From Sphingomonadales bacterium (GTDB taxonomy: Bacteria; Pseudomonadota; Alphaproteobacteria; Sphingomonadales; Sphingomonadaceae): a stretch of 64,000 nt of DNA. This document shows, in pieces, positions 1 through 11,003 of the stretch. The position numbers were made by a program, and so were the translations under genes. How positions within the stretch are numbered: the first letter of the stretch is position 1; every line of letters starts with the position of its first letter. The notes under the pieces are model-generated. The model was not told the DNA's origin. It did not search any database and was given only the letters and a program-made list of their open reading frames with translations. Location of the stretch: positions 11,319 through 75,318 of the forward strand of contig JBBQDG010000008.1 in the NCBI GenBank assembly GCA_038319435.1, in the 5' to 3' direction.

Positions 1-66
1 CGAGGGAAGCGGCATCGCGCCTGCTGTGCCGCTCGCGCCGCGCCAACGCAAGCCGCGCTCGGTTGA

Positions 67-95
67 TTGACTTTGCGGGGCGTCGTCACTAGGTC
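67..95 (+). promoter_or_regulatory. sigma70-type promoter of rpoZ
   Basis: TTGACT (67-72), 17-nt spacer, TAGGTC (90-95), about 50 nt before the rpoZ ATG. Confidence 0.55.
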
Positions 96-142
96 GAGCG
101 CCTTCCCGGCCGCTGCCGAACCCCTATCCCAAGGCGAACCAC

Positions 143-484
143 ATGGCGCGCGTTACCGTCGAAGATTGCGTCGACAAGATCCCCAACCGCTTCGATCTGG
201 TGTTGATGGCAGCCCAGCGCGCCCGCCAGATCTCGGGCGGCGCCGACATCAGCATCGACCGTGACCGTGACAAGAATCCGGTCGTCGCGCTGCGCGAGAT
301 CGCCGAGGCTACAGTCCGCCCCAAGCACCTCGAGGAAGCGATCATCTCGAGCCTGCAGCGCGTGCGGATCGACGAGGAGGACGAGACGGACGAGTTGTCC
401 AGCCTGGCCGATTCGGCCGAAGCACTGCGCCTTACTGCTGCCGCCCCGCCGCGGCCCAGCCCATCGGGCGGCGATTACGAGTAA
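143..484 (+). CDS. rpoZ: RNA polymerase omega subunit
   Basis: [30 protein letters not shown], the alphaproteobacterial RpoZ N-terminus. Confidence 0.97.
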   Translation: MARVTVEDCVDKIPNRFDLVLMAAQRARQISGGADISIDRDRDKNPVVALREIAEATVRPKHLEEAIISSLQRVRIDEEDETDELSSLADSAEALRLTAAAPPRPSPSGGDYE

Positions 485-503
485 GGGATGCTGACTTGTG
501 ATT

Positions 504-538
504 AAATGGGGCGGTCCATTGGGGCCGCCCCTTCGTTT
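504..538. terminator. hairpin between convergent rpoZ and HxlR-family gene (likely bidirectional terminator)
   Basis: GGGGCGGTCC-ATTG-GGGCCGCCCC stem-loop (508-531), A-rich before and T-rich after. Confidence 0.6.
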
Positions 539-548
539 GGCCCCGCGC

Positions 549-1031
549 CTAGGCGAACGAGGCCAGCGCGCCGTGAGCACCACCAGGTTGAACATCGGCT
601 CGCTCGGCCCAGGCGAGATCGCCTACGCCAAGTTCGCGGCCGTCGGCGCCGAGCACCGCGACTCGGCGAAGCGGACGACCGTCGCGTCGATCGACAAGCA
701 ATGCCGTCGAGTGACCATGGCCCCACTCGTCGCCCCATTGGCGAAGCGCAATCACCACCGGCAACAGGCTTTCACCCTTGGCCGTGAGCGAATAAACGAG
801 CTTGCGCCCATCGTTGGGGTCGGATTCGCGGGTCATGATCCCGCCGGTCACCAGCTTCGTCAACCGGTCGGACAAGATATTGCGGGCAATGCCGAGCCCG
901 CACTGGAATTCTTCGAAATGGACGAGCCCGTTCAGGGCACCGCGAAGGATCAGGAAGGCCCATTTTTCGCCGATGAGTTCGACGGCAGGCAGGATGGCGC
1001 AGTTCGAAGCCTGCAACTTGAACGCATCCAT
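549..1031 (-). CDS. HxlR-family winged-helix transcriptional regulator
   Basis: C..A.ELIGEKW..LILR.AL.G...FEEFQ..LGIARNILSDRL..LV..GI; start placed at ATG 1031. Confidence 0.9.
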   Translation of the reverse strand: MDAFKLQASNCAILPAVELIGEKWAFLILRGALNGLVHFEEFQCGLGIARNILSDRLTKLVTGGIMTRESDPNDGRKLVYSLTAKGESLLPVVIALRQWGDEWGHGHSTALLVDRRDGRPLRRVAVLGADGRELGVGDLAWAERADVQPGGAHGALASFA

Positions 1032-1180
1032 GTCGGGGACTGGCCTCAAACTTACTCTCTCCCTGGGGCGAGTTAAAACACAAGTTTGACCCGATGAACA
1101 GGCTTCCGGTAACCGCCCCTCGCCAAGGTTGGCGTCATTCGCGCTTGCAACATGGGGGGGCGAGCCTCCACACTTGAATT

Positions 1181-3268
1181 ATGCTTCGCCAATATGAACT
1201 CGTCGAGAAGGTGCGGGCCTATGATCCCGACGCCAACGAGGACATGCTGAACCGCGCCTATGTTTTCTCGATGAAGGCGCATGGCACCCAAGTGCGCGCG
1301 TCGGGCGACCCTTATTTCAGCCACCCGATCGAGGTCGCGGGCATCCTCACCGACTTGAAACTTGACGCCGAGACGATCGCCACCGCCATCCTCCATGACA
1401 CGATCGAGGACACGGTCGCGACGCATGAGCAAATTGAGAAATTGTTCGGGCCGTCGGTCGCGCGGCTGGTCGACGGAGTGACCAAGCTAAGCCGGATCGA
1501 AGCCCAATCCGAGAATGAGCGCGCGGCGGAAAATCTGCGCAAGTTCCTGCTCGCGCTGTCCGACGATATCCGCGTGCTGATGGTCAAGCTCGCCGACCGG
1601 CTGCACAATATGCGCACGCTCCATCATGTGAAGTCGGAAGACAAGCGCCGCCGAATCGCGAAGGAAACAATGGATATCTATGCCCCGCTCGCCGAGCGGA
1701 TTGGCATGTACGAGATTATGAACGAGATGCAGACGCTGGCGTTTCGGCAGCTTGAGCCCGACGCCTACGCCTCGATATCAAAGCGCCTGTCGCAGTTGCA
1801 CGCGGCAGGGGGCGACCTGGTCAACCGGATCGGGCTCGGGCTCCAGCTCCACCTCGCCGATCATGGCCTCGAAGCCGAGGTGATGGGGCGCGAGAAGCAT
1901 CCCTATTCGATCTGGAAGAAGATGGCCGAGCGGCACATCAGCTTCGAGCAATTGTCTGACGTCATGGCGTTCCGGGTGATCGTCGGCGAAGTCGATGATT
2001 GTTACCGAGCGCTGGGTCAGATCCAGCAACGCTGGCCGATGGTCCCGGGGCGGTTCAAGGACTTCATCTCGACCCCCAAGCGCAACGGCTATCGCAGCTT
2101 GCACACGTCGGTGATCCACGATTCCAAGATGCGGATCGAGATCCAGATCCGGACGCGCGAAATGCATTTGCAGGCCGAGCGGGGGCTGGCGGCGCACTGG
2201 GCCTACAAAGAGGGCAAACCGGTCGCCGAGGTCAAGGTGCCGTGGATTTCGGATTTGGTTGAAATCCTCGATCACGCCGAGAGCCCCGAGGAGTTGCTCG
2301 AGCATACGCGGATGGCGATGTACCAGGATCGCATCTTCGCCTTCACCCCCAAGGGCGAACTGATCCAGTTGCCCAAGGGCGCGACCCCGGTCGATTTCGC
2401 CTATGCGGTCCATACCGACCTTGGCGACCAGACCGTCGGGGCGAAGGTCAACAGCCGGGTGGTGCCCCTGCGCACGCTGTTGGAGAATGGCGACCAGGTC
2501 GAGATATTGGCGTCAGCGGCGCAGAGCCCGCAGCCGTCGTGGTTGCGCTTCGTCGCGACCGGCAAGGCGCGCGCCGGGGTGCGGCGATTCGTGCGCCACA
2601 AGGAGCGCGACGAGATGGTCCTGCTCGGGCGCAAAATCTATGAGGAACTGGTCGAGCGCCTCCCCGCGCCGATCGCGAAGGAAGCGGTTTCGCGCGCGAT
2701 CAAGAAATTGAAGGTCGAAAATCCCGACGAACTGATGGTGGCGATCGCCAAGCGGCGCTTTTCCGACGAGGAGCTGATGGAGGCGCTGGTGCCGGGATCG
2801 GTCGGCGACATCGCCCCGCGCCCGCATGCGCAACGCACCGCGATTTCGATCAAGGGGCTGACCGCAGGGGTGTCCTACACTTTGGCAACGTGCTGCCATC
2901 CGGTCCCCGGCGACCGTATCGTCGGCTTGAGGCGCGAAGACGAGAGCATCGAAGTCCACGCGATCGGCTGCGACACGCTCGCCAGCGGGACCGACGCCGA
3001 CTGGCTCGACCTGGCATGGGGTGACGGGTCGGACGGCGGAACGGCGCGGCTAAGCATTATCCTGCGCGACGTACCAGGTGCACTGGGGACGATGGCGAGC
3101 GTGCTCGGCGCCAAGGGGGCGAATATCGTCAACCTGTCCCTGGTTCACCGCGACGGCAGTTTCCACACCTTTCATCTTGACGTCGAGGTCCACGACCTGG
3201 CGCACTTGCACGCGATCCTCGCCGCCTTGCGCGACACCGAGGGAGTGTCGCGGGCCGAGCGACTATAA
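1181..3268 (+). CDS. spoT: bifunctional (p)ppGpp synthetase/hydrolase (RelA/SpoT)
   Basis: HD motif AILHDTIED, synthetase motifs GREKHPYSI and FKDFISTPKRNGYRSLHT, TGS domain, C-terminal ACT domain. Confidence 0.97.
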   Translation: MLRQYELVEKVRAYDPDANEDMLNRAYVFSMKAHGTQVRASGDPYFSHPIEVAGILTDLKLDAETIATAILHDTIEDTVATHEQIEKLFGPSVARLVDGVTKLSRIEAQSENERAAENLRKFLLALSDDIRVLMVKLADRLHNMRTLHHVKSEDKRRRIAKETMDIYAPLAERIGMYEIMNEMQTLAFRQLEPDAYASISKRLSQLHAAGGDLVNRIGLGLQLHLADHGLEAEVMGREKHPYSIWKKMAERHISFEQLSDVMAFRVIVGEVDDCYRALGQIQQRWPMVPGRFKDFISTPKRNGYRSLHTSVIHDSKMRIEIQIRTREMHLQAERGLAAHWAYKEGKPVAEVKVPWISDLVEILDHAESPEELLEHTRMAMYQDRIFAFTPKGELIQLPKGATPVDFAYAVHTDLGDQTVGAKVNSRVVPLRTLLENGDQVEILASAAQSPQPSWLRFVATGKARAGVRRFVRHKERDEMVLLGRKIYEELVERLPAPIAKEAVSRAIKKLKVENPDELMVAIAKRRFSDEELMEALVPGSVGDIAPRPHAQRTAISIKGLTAGVSYTLATCCHPVPGDRIVGLRREDESIEVHAIGCDTLASGTDADWLDLAWGDGSDGGTARLSIILRDVPGALGTMASVLGAKGANIVNLSLVHRDGSFHTFHLDVEVHDLAHLHAILAALRDTEGVSRAERL

Positions 3269-3275
3269 CGCGAGG

Positions 3276-5534
3276 TCAGCGGTGGGCCAGGCCCGAAGCG
3301 AGGACGGCCAAGGTAACGAGGTCTGACGAGCTCGCCGTCATCGGGGCGATCTGGACGGGGAGCGCCATGCCCATCAGATAGGGTCCGAGCATGTTGCCGC
3401 CGCCCAGAGCTCGCAATAGCTTCGACGAGATATTGGCCGATTGGAGCCCCGGCATGATCAGGATGTTGGCCGGGCCGGTGAGGCGCGTGAAGGGGTAATA
3501 TTTAAGCTGCGCCTCGTGGTTGAGGGCGAGGTCGGGGCCCATTTCGCCTTCATATTCGAAATCGGTGACAAGGCTGTCGAGCAGCTTCACCGCGTCGCGC
3601 AGTTCGGCGATATGGCGGCCCGGCGGGTTGCCGAACGTCGTGTAGCTGATGAACGCGACACGCGGTTCCTGGCCGAGGCGCCGGGCGAAGGCGGCGGCGC
3701 GGATCGCCATCGCGGCGAACTGCTTGTCGGTCGGACGCTCGTTGACCGCGGTGTCGGCGATCATCACGGTCCCGCTCTTGCCGGGAATGATGTTGATCCC
3801 GAACGGGGTCGTGCCCTGCTCCTCGTCGATCACGCTGCGGACCTGCGCCAGACTCTGGCTGAACGGGCGGGTGGTTCCGGTGATCATCGCATCGCCTTCG
3901 CCGAGCGCGAGCATGGCGGCGGTGAAGGTGTTGCGGTCCTGGTTGACCATCCGCTCGACTTCGCGGCGGAGCATGCCGTGGCGCTGGTGCTTGGCGTAGA
4001 TATAATCGACGGCGCGGCCGACCAGCGGCGAATTGCGGCTGTTGAGCACCTCGTAGTCGTCAGGGTCGACCCCGAGCTCGGCGAGCTGTTCGCGCACCGT
4101 CTCGCGCCCGACGAGGATCGGGGTGCCATAGCCGCCTTCCTTGAACGCGATCGCGGCGCGGAGCACGTTGGGCTCCTCGCCTTCCGCGAACAGCACCCGC
4201 TTGGGGTTGGAGCGCGCGGCCTCGAACGCGAGGCTCATCACCGAGGCGGTGGGATCGAGCCGGGCGCGAAGCTGGGCGCGGTAAGCGGCCATGTCGGCGA
4301 TCGGCTTGCGCGCGACGCCGCTGTCCATCGCGGCCTGCGCGACCGCGACGGGCACGATCTCGATCAGCCGCGGGTCGAACGGTGCGGGGATGATGTAGTC
4401 GGGGCCGAAATGCTGGTCGATCCCGCCATAGGCAAGTGCGACCTCCTCGGGCACCGGCTCGCGCGCCAGGTCGGCGAGCGCATGTGCAGCGGCGATCTTC
4501 ATCGCATCATTGATGCCCGTCGCGCGCACGTCGAGCGCGCCGCGGAAGATGAACGGGAAACCCAGCACATTGTTGACCTGGTTGGGGTAATCCGAGCGGC
4601 CGGTGGCGACGATGGCGTCGGGGCGCGCCGCCTTGGCCTCGGGCGGGGTGATCTCGGGATCGGGATTAGCCATCGCGAAGATGATCGGCGACGGGGCCAT
4701 CTGCAAGACCATCTCTGGCTTGAGCGCGCCCGCAGCGGAAAGGCCGAGGAAGACGTCGGCACCGACCAGCGCCTCGTGGAGGTTCTGGGCAGTGGTGACG
4801 ACCGCGTGCGCCGACTTGAACTGATCGAGGTCGGTGCGGTCTTTGCGGATCGTGCCCTTGCGATCGCACATGATGACATGGTCGCCGCGCACCCCCATCG
4901 CCTTGATCAGCTCGGTGCAGGCGATCGCGGCGGCGCCGGCGCCGTTGACGACGACGCGGATGTCTTTCAGTTCGCGCCCGGTCAGCAGGCAGGCGTTGAT
5001 CAGCCCGGCGGCGGTGATGATCGCGGTGCCATGCTGATCATCGTGAAACACCGGGATGTTCATCATTTCCTTGAGCCGCTGCTCGATGATGAAGCAGTCG
5101 GGGGCGGCGATGTCCTCGAGGTTGATTCCGCCGAAGCTCGGCTCCATCAGCGCGACGGCATTGACGAACGCGTCGACGTCCTCGGTGTCGAGCTCGAGGT
5201 CGATCGAATCGACGTCGGCGAAGCGTTTGAACAGCACCGCCTTGCCCTCCATCACCGGCTTCGCCGCGAGCGCGCCGAGGTTGCCCATCCCGAGAATCGC
5301 GGTGCCGTTGGTGATCACCGCGACCAGATTGCCCTTGGCGGTGAGGTCATAGGCCTTGCCAGGATCCTCGGCGATCGCGCGCACCGGGACCGCGACTCCG
5401 GGCGAGTAAGCGAGGCTGAGGTCACGTTGGGTCGCCATCGGTTTCGAGGCGATGATCTCGATCTTGCCGGGGCGGCCGCGCGAGTGGAATTCGAGCGCTT
5501 CGGCATCGGAGAAGGGAACGTTGGTTTCGGACAT
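3276..5534 (-). CDS. maeB: NADP-dependent malic enzyme with phosphotransacetylase-like domain
   Basis: [39 protein letters not shown]; 752 aa with PTA-like C-terminus. Confidence 0.96.
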   Translation of the reverse strand: MSETNVPFSDAEALEFHSRGRPGKIEIIASKPMATQRDLSLAYSPGVAVPVRAIAEDPGKAYDLTAKGNLVAVITNGTAILGMGNLGALAAKPVMEGKAVLFKRFADVDSIDLELDTEDVDAFVNAVALMEPSFGGINLEDIAAPDCFIIEQRLKEMMNIPVFHDDQHGTAIITAAGLINACLLTGRELKDIRVVVNGAGAAAIACTELIKAMGVRGDHVIMCDRKGTIRKDRTDLDQFKSAHAVVTTAQNLHEALVGADVFLGLSAAGALKPEMVLQMAPSPIIFAMANPDPEITPPEAKAARPDAIVATGRSDYPNQVNNVLGFPFIFRGALDVRATGINDAMKIAAAHALADLAREPVPEEVALAYGGIDQHFGPDYIIPAPFDPRLIEIVPVAVAQAAMDSGVARKPIADMAAYRAQLRARLDPTASVMSLAFEAARSNPKRVLFAEGEEPNVLRAAIAFKEGGYGTPILVGRETVREQLAELGVDPDDYEVLNSRNSPLVGRAVDYIYAKHQRHGMLRREVERMVNQDRNTFTAAMLALGEGDAMITGTTRPFSQSLAQVRSVIDEEQGTTPFGINIIPGKSGTVMIADTAVNERPTDKQFAAMAIRAAAFARRLGQEPRVAFISYTTFGNPPGRHIAELRDAVKLLDSLVTDFEYEGEMGPDLALNHEAQLKYYPFTRLTGPANILIMPGLQSANISSKLLRALGGGNMLGPYLMGMALPVQIAPMTASSSDLVTLAVLASGLAHR

Positions 5535-5607
5535 GATCGGTCTTTGCGGCCTGCCGTAACGGAAGTCACCCCTCCCCTTGGGCTCGGCGGGCTGCTACCC
5601 CTTGGCG

Positions 5608-8223
5608 ATGGCCCGCGCCGACGACGTTCCCGCACTCACCCCGATGATGGTGCAATACCACCGGTTGAAGGCCGAGGCGGGGGACGCGTTGCTATTCTAT
5701 CGGATGGGCGATTTCTTCGAGCTCTTCTTCGATGACGCCAAGGCGGCGGCGGCGTGCCTCGACATTGCGCTGACCAAACGTGGCGAGAGCGCGGGCGAGC
5801 CGATCCCGATGTGCGGGGTGCCGGTGCATGCGGCCGATGCCTATCTCGCGCGGTTGATCCGGGGCGGGCACCGGGTGGCCATCGCCGAGCAGATCGAGAG
5901 CCCGGCCGAGGCGCGGAAGGCCCGCGGGGCGAAGGCGCTGGTCGATCGCGCGATCGTGCGGCTGGTCACGCCGGGGACGTTGACCGAGGAGGTGCTCCTC
6001 GACAGTGCGGCGGCGAACTGGCTGGCGGCGGTAGCGCGGGTCCCCGGATCGGGGTCCGGGGCGGGCGAGTGGGGGATTGCGGCAGCGGATATTTCGACCG
6101 GGCGGTTCGAGCTGGTGGCGTGCCAGCCGGGCGAGCTGGCGGCGGAGCTGGCGCGGATCGGACCGGCGGAGACCATATCCGACGGACAGGTTGCGGGAGT
6201 GACGACCGCGCCAGGCAAGGGCGGGTTCGACAGCCTGTCGGGCGAGCGGGCGCTGCTCGCGCGATTCGGGGTGACGACGCTCGATGGGTTCGGGGCGCCG
6301 GGGCGGGCCGAACTGGCGGCGGCCGGCGGATTGCTTGCCTATCTCGACGCGACCCAGAAGGACGCGGTTGCATTCCTTGCCGCGCCGCGGCGGGTGGCGC
6401 GGTCGGCGCATTTGGCGATCGACCCGGCGACGCGTGAAAGCCTCGAAATCTTGCGCAGTTCGAACGGCACGAGCCTGCTTGCGACGGTCGACCGCTGCGT
6501 CACAGCGTGCGGGAAGCGGATGCTTGCTGCTGACTTGTCCGCGCCGTTGACCGAGCGGCGCGCGATCGAAGCGCGGTTGGCGCTGGTTGGATGGTTTCAC
6601 GATGCGAGCCTGCGCCGCGATAGGGTGAGAGGGTCGCTGCGGGCGATGCCGGATCTCGGGCGGGCGCTCGGACGGCTGGTAGCTGGGCGGGGCAGTCCGC
6701 GCGATCTGGCGTCATTGCGCGATGGGCTGGCGGCGGCAATACGGCTTCGTGATGAGCTTGCGGGCGAGGCCGAGCGGCCGGCGTTGCTCGAGGCGACGCT
6801 GCCGGATCTGGGCGGGCATGGTACGCTGATCGACCGGCTGGTGAGCGCGCTGGTCGAATCGCCGCCGCTCGATGCGGCGAAGGGCGGGTATATTGCGGAA
6901 GGCTATGACGAGGCTCTCGACGCGCTTCGGCTAGCGGCATCGGACGGGCGGCGGGCGATTGCGCAACTCGAGGCGCGATATCGTGACATGACCGCGGTTT
7001 CGTCGCTCAAAATCCGCCATAATGCGGTGCTCGGCTATCATGTCGAGGTCGGCGCGCGGCATGCCGATGCGCTGATGGCGGCGGATAGCGGGTTCACGCA
7101 CCGTCAGACGCTGGCCGGGGTGGTGCGGTTCAATTCGCCCGATCTTCACGCCGAGGCGAGCCGGGTGGTCGAGGCGGGGGGTCATGCGCTGGCGGCAGAG
7201 GCGCGGCATTTCGAGGAATTGACCGCGCTCGCGGTGGCCGCCGCGCCTGGGATCGCCGCGACCGCCGATGCGATTGCGCGAATCGACGTTGCCGCGAGCC
7301 ATGCCGAGCGCGCCGCCGAAGGCAACTGGTGTGCGCCTAGCCTGGTCGATGAGCCGTGCCTGGAGATCGACGCGGGGCGGCATCCGGTGGTCGAGGCGGC
7401 GCTTGCGCAGGCCGGCGAGCGGTTCATTGCCAATGACGTCGCAATGGGCCCGCACGACCGATTGTGGCTGATAACCGGGCCCAACATGGGGGGCAAGTCG
7501 ACTTTCCTGCGCCAGGTCGCGCTCGCTGCATTGCTCGCGCAGGCGGGGTCGTTCGTTCCGGCGGCTCGCGCCAAGATCGGGATTGTAGACCGCTTGTTCA
7601 GCCGGGTCGGGGCGGCCGACAATCTAGCGCGCGGGCGGTCGACCTTCATGGTCGAGATGGTCGAGACGGCGGCAATCTTGGCGCAGGCGACGCCTTTTTC
7701 GCTGGTCATCCTCGACGAGATCGGACGGGGCACTTCGACCTATGACGGACTGGCGATCGCCTGGGCGGTGGTCGAGGCGATGCATGACACGGTCCGCGCG
7801 CGCACGCTGTTCGCGACGCATTATCACGAGTTGACGCGGCTGACCGACCGGCTCGACGCGCTGTCGCTCCACCATGTCCGCGCGCGGGAGTGGAAGGGCG
7901 ACCTGGTGTTGCTCCACGAGGTCGCGGGCGGGCCGGCGGACCGGAGTTATGGCATTGCCGTGGCGCGGCTGGCGGGGGTGCCGGCGGGGGTGCTGGCGCG
8001 GGCGAAGAGCGTGCTGGCAAAGCTCGAGGCGGGGCGCGACGCGACTGGGGGAATTGCCGCTGGACTCGATGATTTGCCTCTGTTCGCCGCCGCTGCTGCG
8101 AGCGAGCCGGTGCCCGATCCGCTCGCCACCGCGCTCGATGCGGTCGATCCCGACGCACTGACGCCGCGCGAGGCGCTCGAGGCGCTCTATGCGCTCAAGC
8201 GGATCGCCGGGGAGCAGGCATGA
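5608..8223 (+). CDS. mutS: DNA mismatch repair protein MutS
   Basis: [15 protein letters not shown], Walker [29 protein letters not shown]; start at ATG 5608. Confidence 0.97.
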   Translation: MARADDVPALTPMMVQYHRLKAEAGDALLFYRMGDFFELFFDDAKAAAACLDIALTKRGESAGEPIPMCGVPVHAADAYLARLIRGGHRVAIAEQIESPAEARKARGAKALVDRAIVRLVTPGTLTEEVLLDSAAANWLAAVARVPGSGSGAGEWGIAAADISTGRFELVACQPGELAAELARIGPAETISDGQVAGVTTAPGKGGFDSLSGERALLARFGVTTLDGFGAPGRAELAAAGGLLAYLDATQKDAVAFLAAPRRVARSAHLAIDPATRESLEILRSSNGTSLLATVDRCVTACGKRMLAADLSAPLTERRAIEARLALVGWFHDASLRRDRVRGSLRAMPDLGRALGRLVAGRGSPRDLASLRDGLAAAIRLRDELAGEAERPALLEATLPDLGGHGTLIDRLVSALVESPPLDAAKGGYIAEGYDEALDALRLAASDGRRAIAQLEARYRDMTAVSSLKIRHNAVLGYHVEVGARHADALMAADSGFTHRQTLAGVVRFNSPDLHAEASRVVEAGGHALAAEARHFEELTALAVAAAPGIAATADAIARIDVAASHAERAAEGNWCAPSLVDEPCLEIDAGRHPVVEAALAQAGERFIANDVAMGPHDRLWLITGPNMGGKSTFLRQVALAALLAQAGSFVPAARAKIGIVDRLFSRVGAADNLARGRSTFMVEMVETAAILAQATPFSLVILDEIGRGTSTYDGLAIAWAVVEAMHDTVRARTLFATHYHELTRLTDRLDALSLHHVRAREWKGDLVLLHEVAGGPADRSYGIAVARLAGVPAGVLARAKSVLAKLEAGRDATGGIAAGLDDLPLFAAAAASEPVPDPLATALDAVDPDALTPREALEALYALKRIAGEQA

Positions 8224-10943
8224 ACGAGGTCGAACAGCGGCGCGCGATCATCGATCGGCGGGCACTAGGGGACGCGCTCGCCGCCTTGCCGAGAGGGTCG
8301 GGACTGCAGCCGGCGGCGACCGAGCTGTTATTGGAGGCACTGCGCAGCGGGCGCGAGGAGATCGCGCGTCGCGTCGTCACCGAGCCCAATCGCGGGCGGG
8401 CGCATGCCTTTGCCTATGCCTTTCTGACCGACCAGATTGTCCGCCTCGCCTATGATTTCGTCACCCAGCGCATCTACCCCAACGCCAACCCGACCACCGC
8501 CGAACGCATCGCTTTGGTCGGGCTTGGCGGTACGGGGCGTGGTGAGATGGCGCCGTTTTCGGACATCGACCTGATGATGGTCGTCCCCCCGGGCCGCGCA
8601 CCATGGTGCGAGCAGGTGGCCGAAGCGCTGCTCTATCTGCTGTGGGATTTGAAGCTGAAGGTCGGCCAGTCAGTGCGAACGCCCGGCGAGGCGACCTCGC
8701 TTGCCAAGGCCGACATGACCATCCGCACATCGCTGCTCGAGGCGCGCTATTTGTGGGGCGACGAGGCCCTGTCGGAGGAGACCAGGCTGCGCTTTCGGCG
8801 AGACGTTGTTACGGGGACAGCGCGCGCGTTCGTGACCGCCAAGCTTGCCGAACGCGACGAGCGCCATGCGCGGATGGGCGACAGCCGCTATGTCGTCGAA
8901 CCCAACGTCAAGGATGGCAAGGGGGGCTTGCGCGATCTCCACACGCTCTACTGGATCGGCAAATACATCCACGGCGTCGACCAGCCAGCCGACTTGGTCG
9001 GGGCGGGATTGCTGACGGCCGAGGAATATCGCCGCTTCGAGCGGGCCGAGCGCTTCTTCTGGTCGGTACGCTGCCACTTGCACCTCGCCGCGGGGCGGGC
9101 TGAGGAGCGGCTCGGGTTCGACCGGCAGCGCGAGATTGCGACGGCGATGCGCTACGCCGACCGGCCGGGGAAGAGCGCGGTCGAGCGTTTCATGCAATTC
9201 TATTTCCTCAACGCCAAGACGGTCGGCGATCTGACCGGGCTGTTCCTGGCGCAGCTCGACGAGCAGATGGCCCGGTCGGGACGTCGGTTCGCGCTGCCGA
9301 CGCTGCGCCGTCGCCCGGCGCGTCTCGGTGGGTTCGTGCTCGATCGAGGGCGCGTTTCGATCCCGAGCGATGATTTTCTTGCCGCCGACCCGGTGCGGCT
9401 GATCGAGCTGTTCGCGGTGGCCGCACGCGAGAAACTCGAGATCCACCCGGCGGCGATGCGCGCGGCGTCACGCGATGCACGGCTGGCCGACACCGTGCGC
9501 GATAACCCTCGCGCCAACGCGCTGTTCCTCGACGTACTGACCGACCGCAATGGGCCCGATACCGTATTGCGCTGGATGAACGAAGCGGGGGTGTTCGGGC
9601 GTTTCGTTCCCGACTTCGGCCGCGTTGTCGCGCAGATGCAGTTCGACATGTACCACCACTATACCGTCGACGAACATTCGATCCGCGCGATCGGGCTGCT
9701 CGCGGCGATTGAGCGCGGCGATCTCGACAAGGAACACCCGCTCTCTACCCGGCTGTTCGACCAGATCGCGTCGCGGCGGACGCTTTATGTGGCAGTACTG
9801 CTTCACGATATCGCCAAGGGGCGGGGGGGGGATCACAGTGAGCTCGGCGCGAAGATTGCCGAGGTTCTGGGGCCGCGCTTCGGGCTGGACGCGGGGGAGA
9901 CCGAGACCGTCGCGTGGCTGGTGCGACATCATCTGCTGATGTCGAACATGGCCTTTCGCCGCGACCTGGCCGACCCCAAGACAATCGAGGACTTTACCCA
10001 TACCGTGCAGAGCCCCGAGCGGCTGCGGCTGCTGCTGATCCTGACCGTGGTCGATATTCGCGCGGTCGGGCCGGGGACGTGGAACGACTGGAAGCGCAGC
10101 TTGCTTACCAACCTGTTCGATCTGGCTGAGGAAGTCCTTCGGCTGGGCCATATGGAGCATGGTCGGGCCGAGCGGGTTACGGCGCGGCAGGACGATCTTG
10201 CCGCCGCGCTCGGGTGGCAAGGTGGTGCGGCGCGAGCGCATATGAAGCGGCTGCCCGACAGCTACTGGATCGCCGAACCGCCCGAATGGCTGATCGCCAA
10301 TGCGCGTCAGATCGCCGAGGCCGAAGCGCGGATCGGCGAGCCGCCGCCAAGCGTGGTTGCCGAGCATGACGCGGGATCAGGCGCGACGCGAATCAGCGTG
10401 TTCGCGCCTGACCGGCCGGGCTTATTCTACCGGATTTCCGCCGCGCTGGCCGAGGGCGGGGCAAGTATCGTCGATGCGCGGATTCACACGACCCGGGACG
10501 GCATGGCACTCGACAATCTGCTGGTCCATGATCGGCAGGGGCGCGGCTATGCCGACAAGCGGCTGCGCGCGCGGCTGGCCAAGGCGGTGGCAGCGGCGAT
10601 TTCAGGCGAGCCCCCTGCCCTTCGCGCCGAGCCCATATCCGACAGCGAGACTTTCCGTATCGCCCCGCGCGTGCTGGTCGCCGACAAGGCGTCGAGCCGG
10701 ACGACGGTGGTCGAGGTCAATGCGCGCGACCGGCCGGCACTGCTGGCGCGGCTGACCGGCGCGATCTTCGCGCAGGGGCTGCAGCTGCATTCGGCGCACA
10801 TCGCGACCTATGGCGAGCGCGCGGTGGACGTCTTTTACGTAACCAACTCGGCCGGGCGGAAGCTTGGCGCCGAGGAGGTGACGGCATTGCGGGCAGCGTT
10901 GCTCGACATCCTCGCCGAACCGCCAGCCGCCAAGGCCGCCTGA
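8220..10943 (+). CDS. glnD: [protein-PII] uridylyltransferase
   Basis: [41 protein letters not shown] motif, two ACT domains; ATGA overlap with mutS. Confidence 0.97.
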   Translation: MNEVEQRRAIIDRRALGDALAALPRGSGLQPAATELLLEALRSGREEIARRVVTEPNRGRAHAFAYAFLTDQIVRLAYDFVTQRIYPNANPTTAERIALVGLGGTGRGEMAPFSDIDLMMVVPPGRAPWCEQVAEALLYLLWDLKLKVGQSVRTPGEATSLAKADMTIRTSLLEARYLWGDEALSEETRLRFRRDVVTGTARAFVTAKLAERDERHARMGDSRYVVEPNVKDGKGGLRDLHTLYWIGKYIHGVDQPADLVGAGLLTAEEYRRFERAERFFWSVRCHLHLAAGRAEERLGFDRQREIATAMRYADRPGKSAVERFMQFYFLNAKTVGDLTGLFLAQLDEQMARSGRRFALPTLRRRPARLGGFVLDRGRVSIPSDDFLAADPVRLIELFAVAAREKLEIHPAAMRAASRDARLADTVRDNPRANALFLDVLTDRNGPDTVLRWMNEAGVFGRFVPDFGRVVAQMQFDMYHHYTVDEHSIRAIGLLAAIERGDLDKEHPLSTRLFDQIASRRTLYVAVLLHDIAKGRGGDHSELGAKIAEVLGPRFGLDAGETETVAWLVRHHLLMSNMAFRRDLADPKTIEDFTHTVQSPERLRLLLILTVVDIRAVGPGTWNDWKRSLLTNLFDLAEEVLRLGHMEHGRAERVTARQDDLAAALGWQGGAARAHMKRLPDSYWIAEPPEWLIANARQIAEAEARIGEPPPSVVAEHDAGSGATRISVFAPDRPGLFYRISAALAEGGASIVDARIHTTRDGMALDNLLVHDRQGRGYADKRLRARLAKAVAAAISGEPPALRAEPISDSETFRIAPRVLVADKASSRTTVVEVNARDRPALLARLTGAIFAQGLQLHSAHIATYGERAVDVFYVTNSAGRKLGAEEVTALRAALLDILAEPPAAKAA

Positions 10944-10952
10944 CCCCAAGAG

Positions 10953-10981
10953 AAAGGCCCCGCGGTTTCCCGCGAGGCCCT
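10953..10981 (-). terminator. intrinsic terminator of the TonB-dependent receptor gene
   Basis: minus strand AGGGCCTCGCGG-GAAA-CCGCGGGGCCTTT. Confidence 0.7.
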
Positions 10982-11003
10982 CCCGTTAATGACAATCCGA
11001 AGC

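Noticed and set aside
1047-1088. CAAACTT...AAGTTTG inverted repeat in the HxlR-spoT gap as an operator
   Set aside because: 7-bp arms with a 28-nt spacer; too weak to call without conservation data
3441-5735. 764-aa + strand ORF opposite maeB, and similar long antisense ORFs (e.g. 24877-26697, 33001-34569, 34542-35804, 14682-16043)
   Set aside because: Shadow frames of well-conserved genes in high-GC DNA, with no recognisable motifs or start signals
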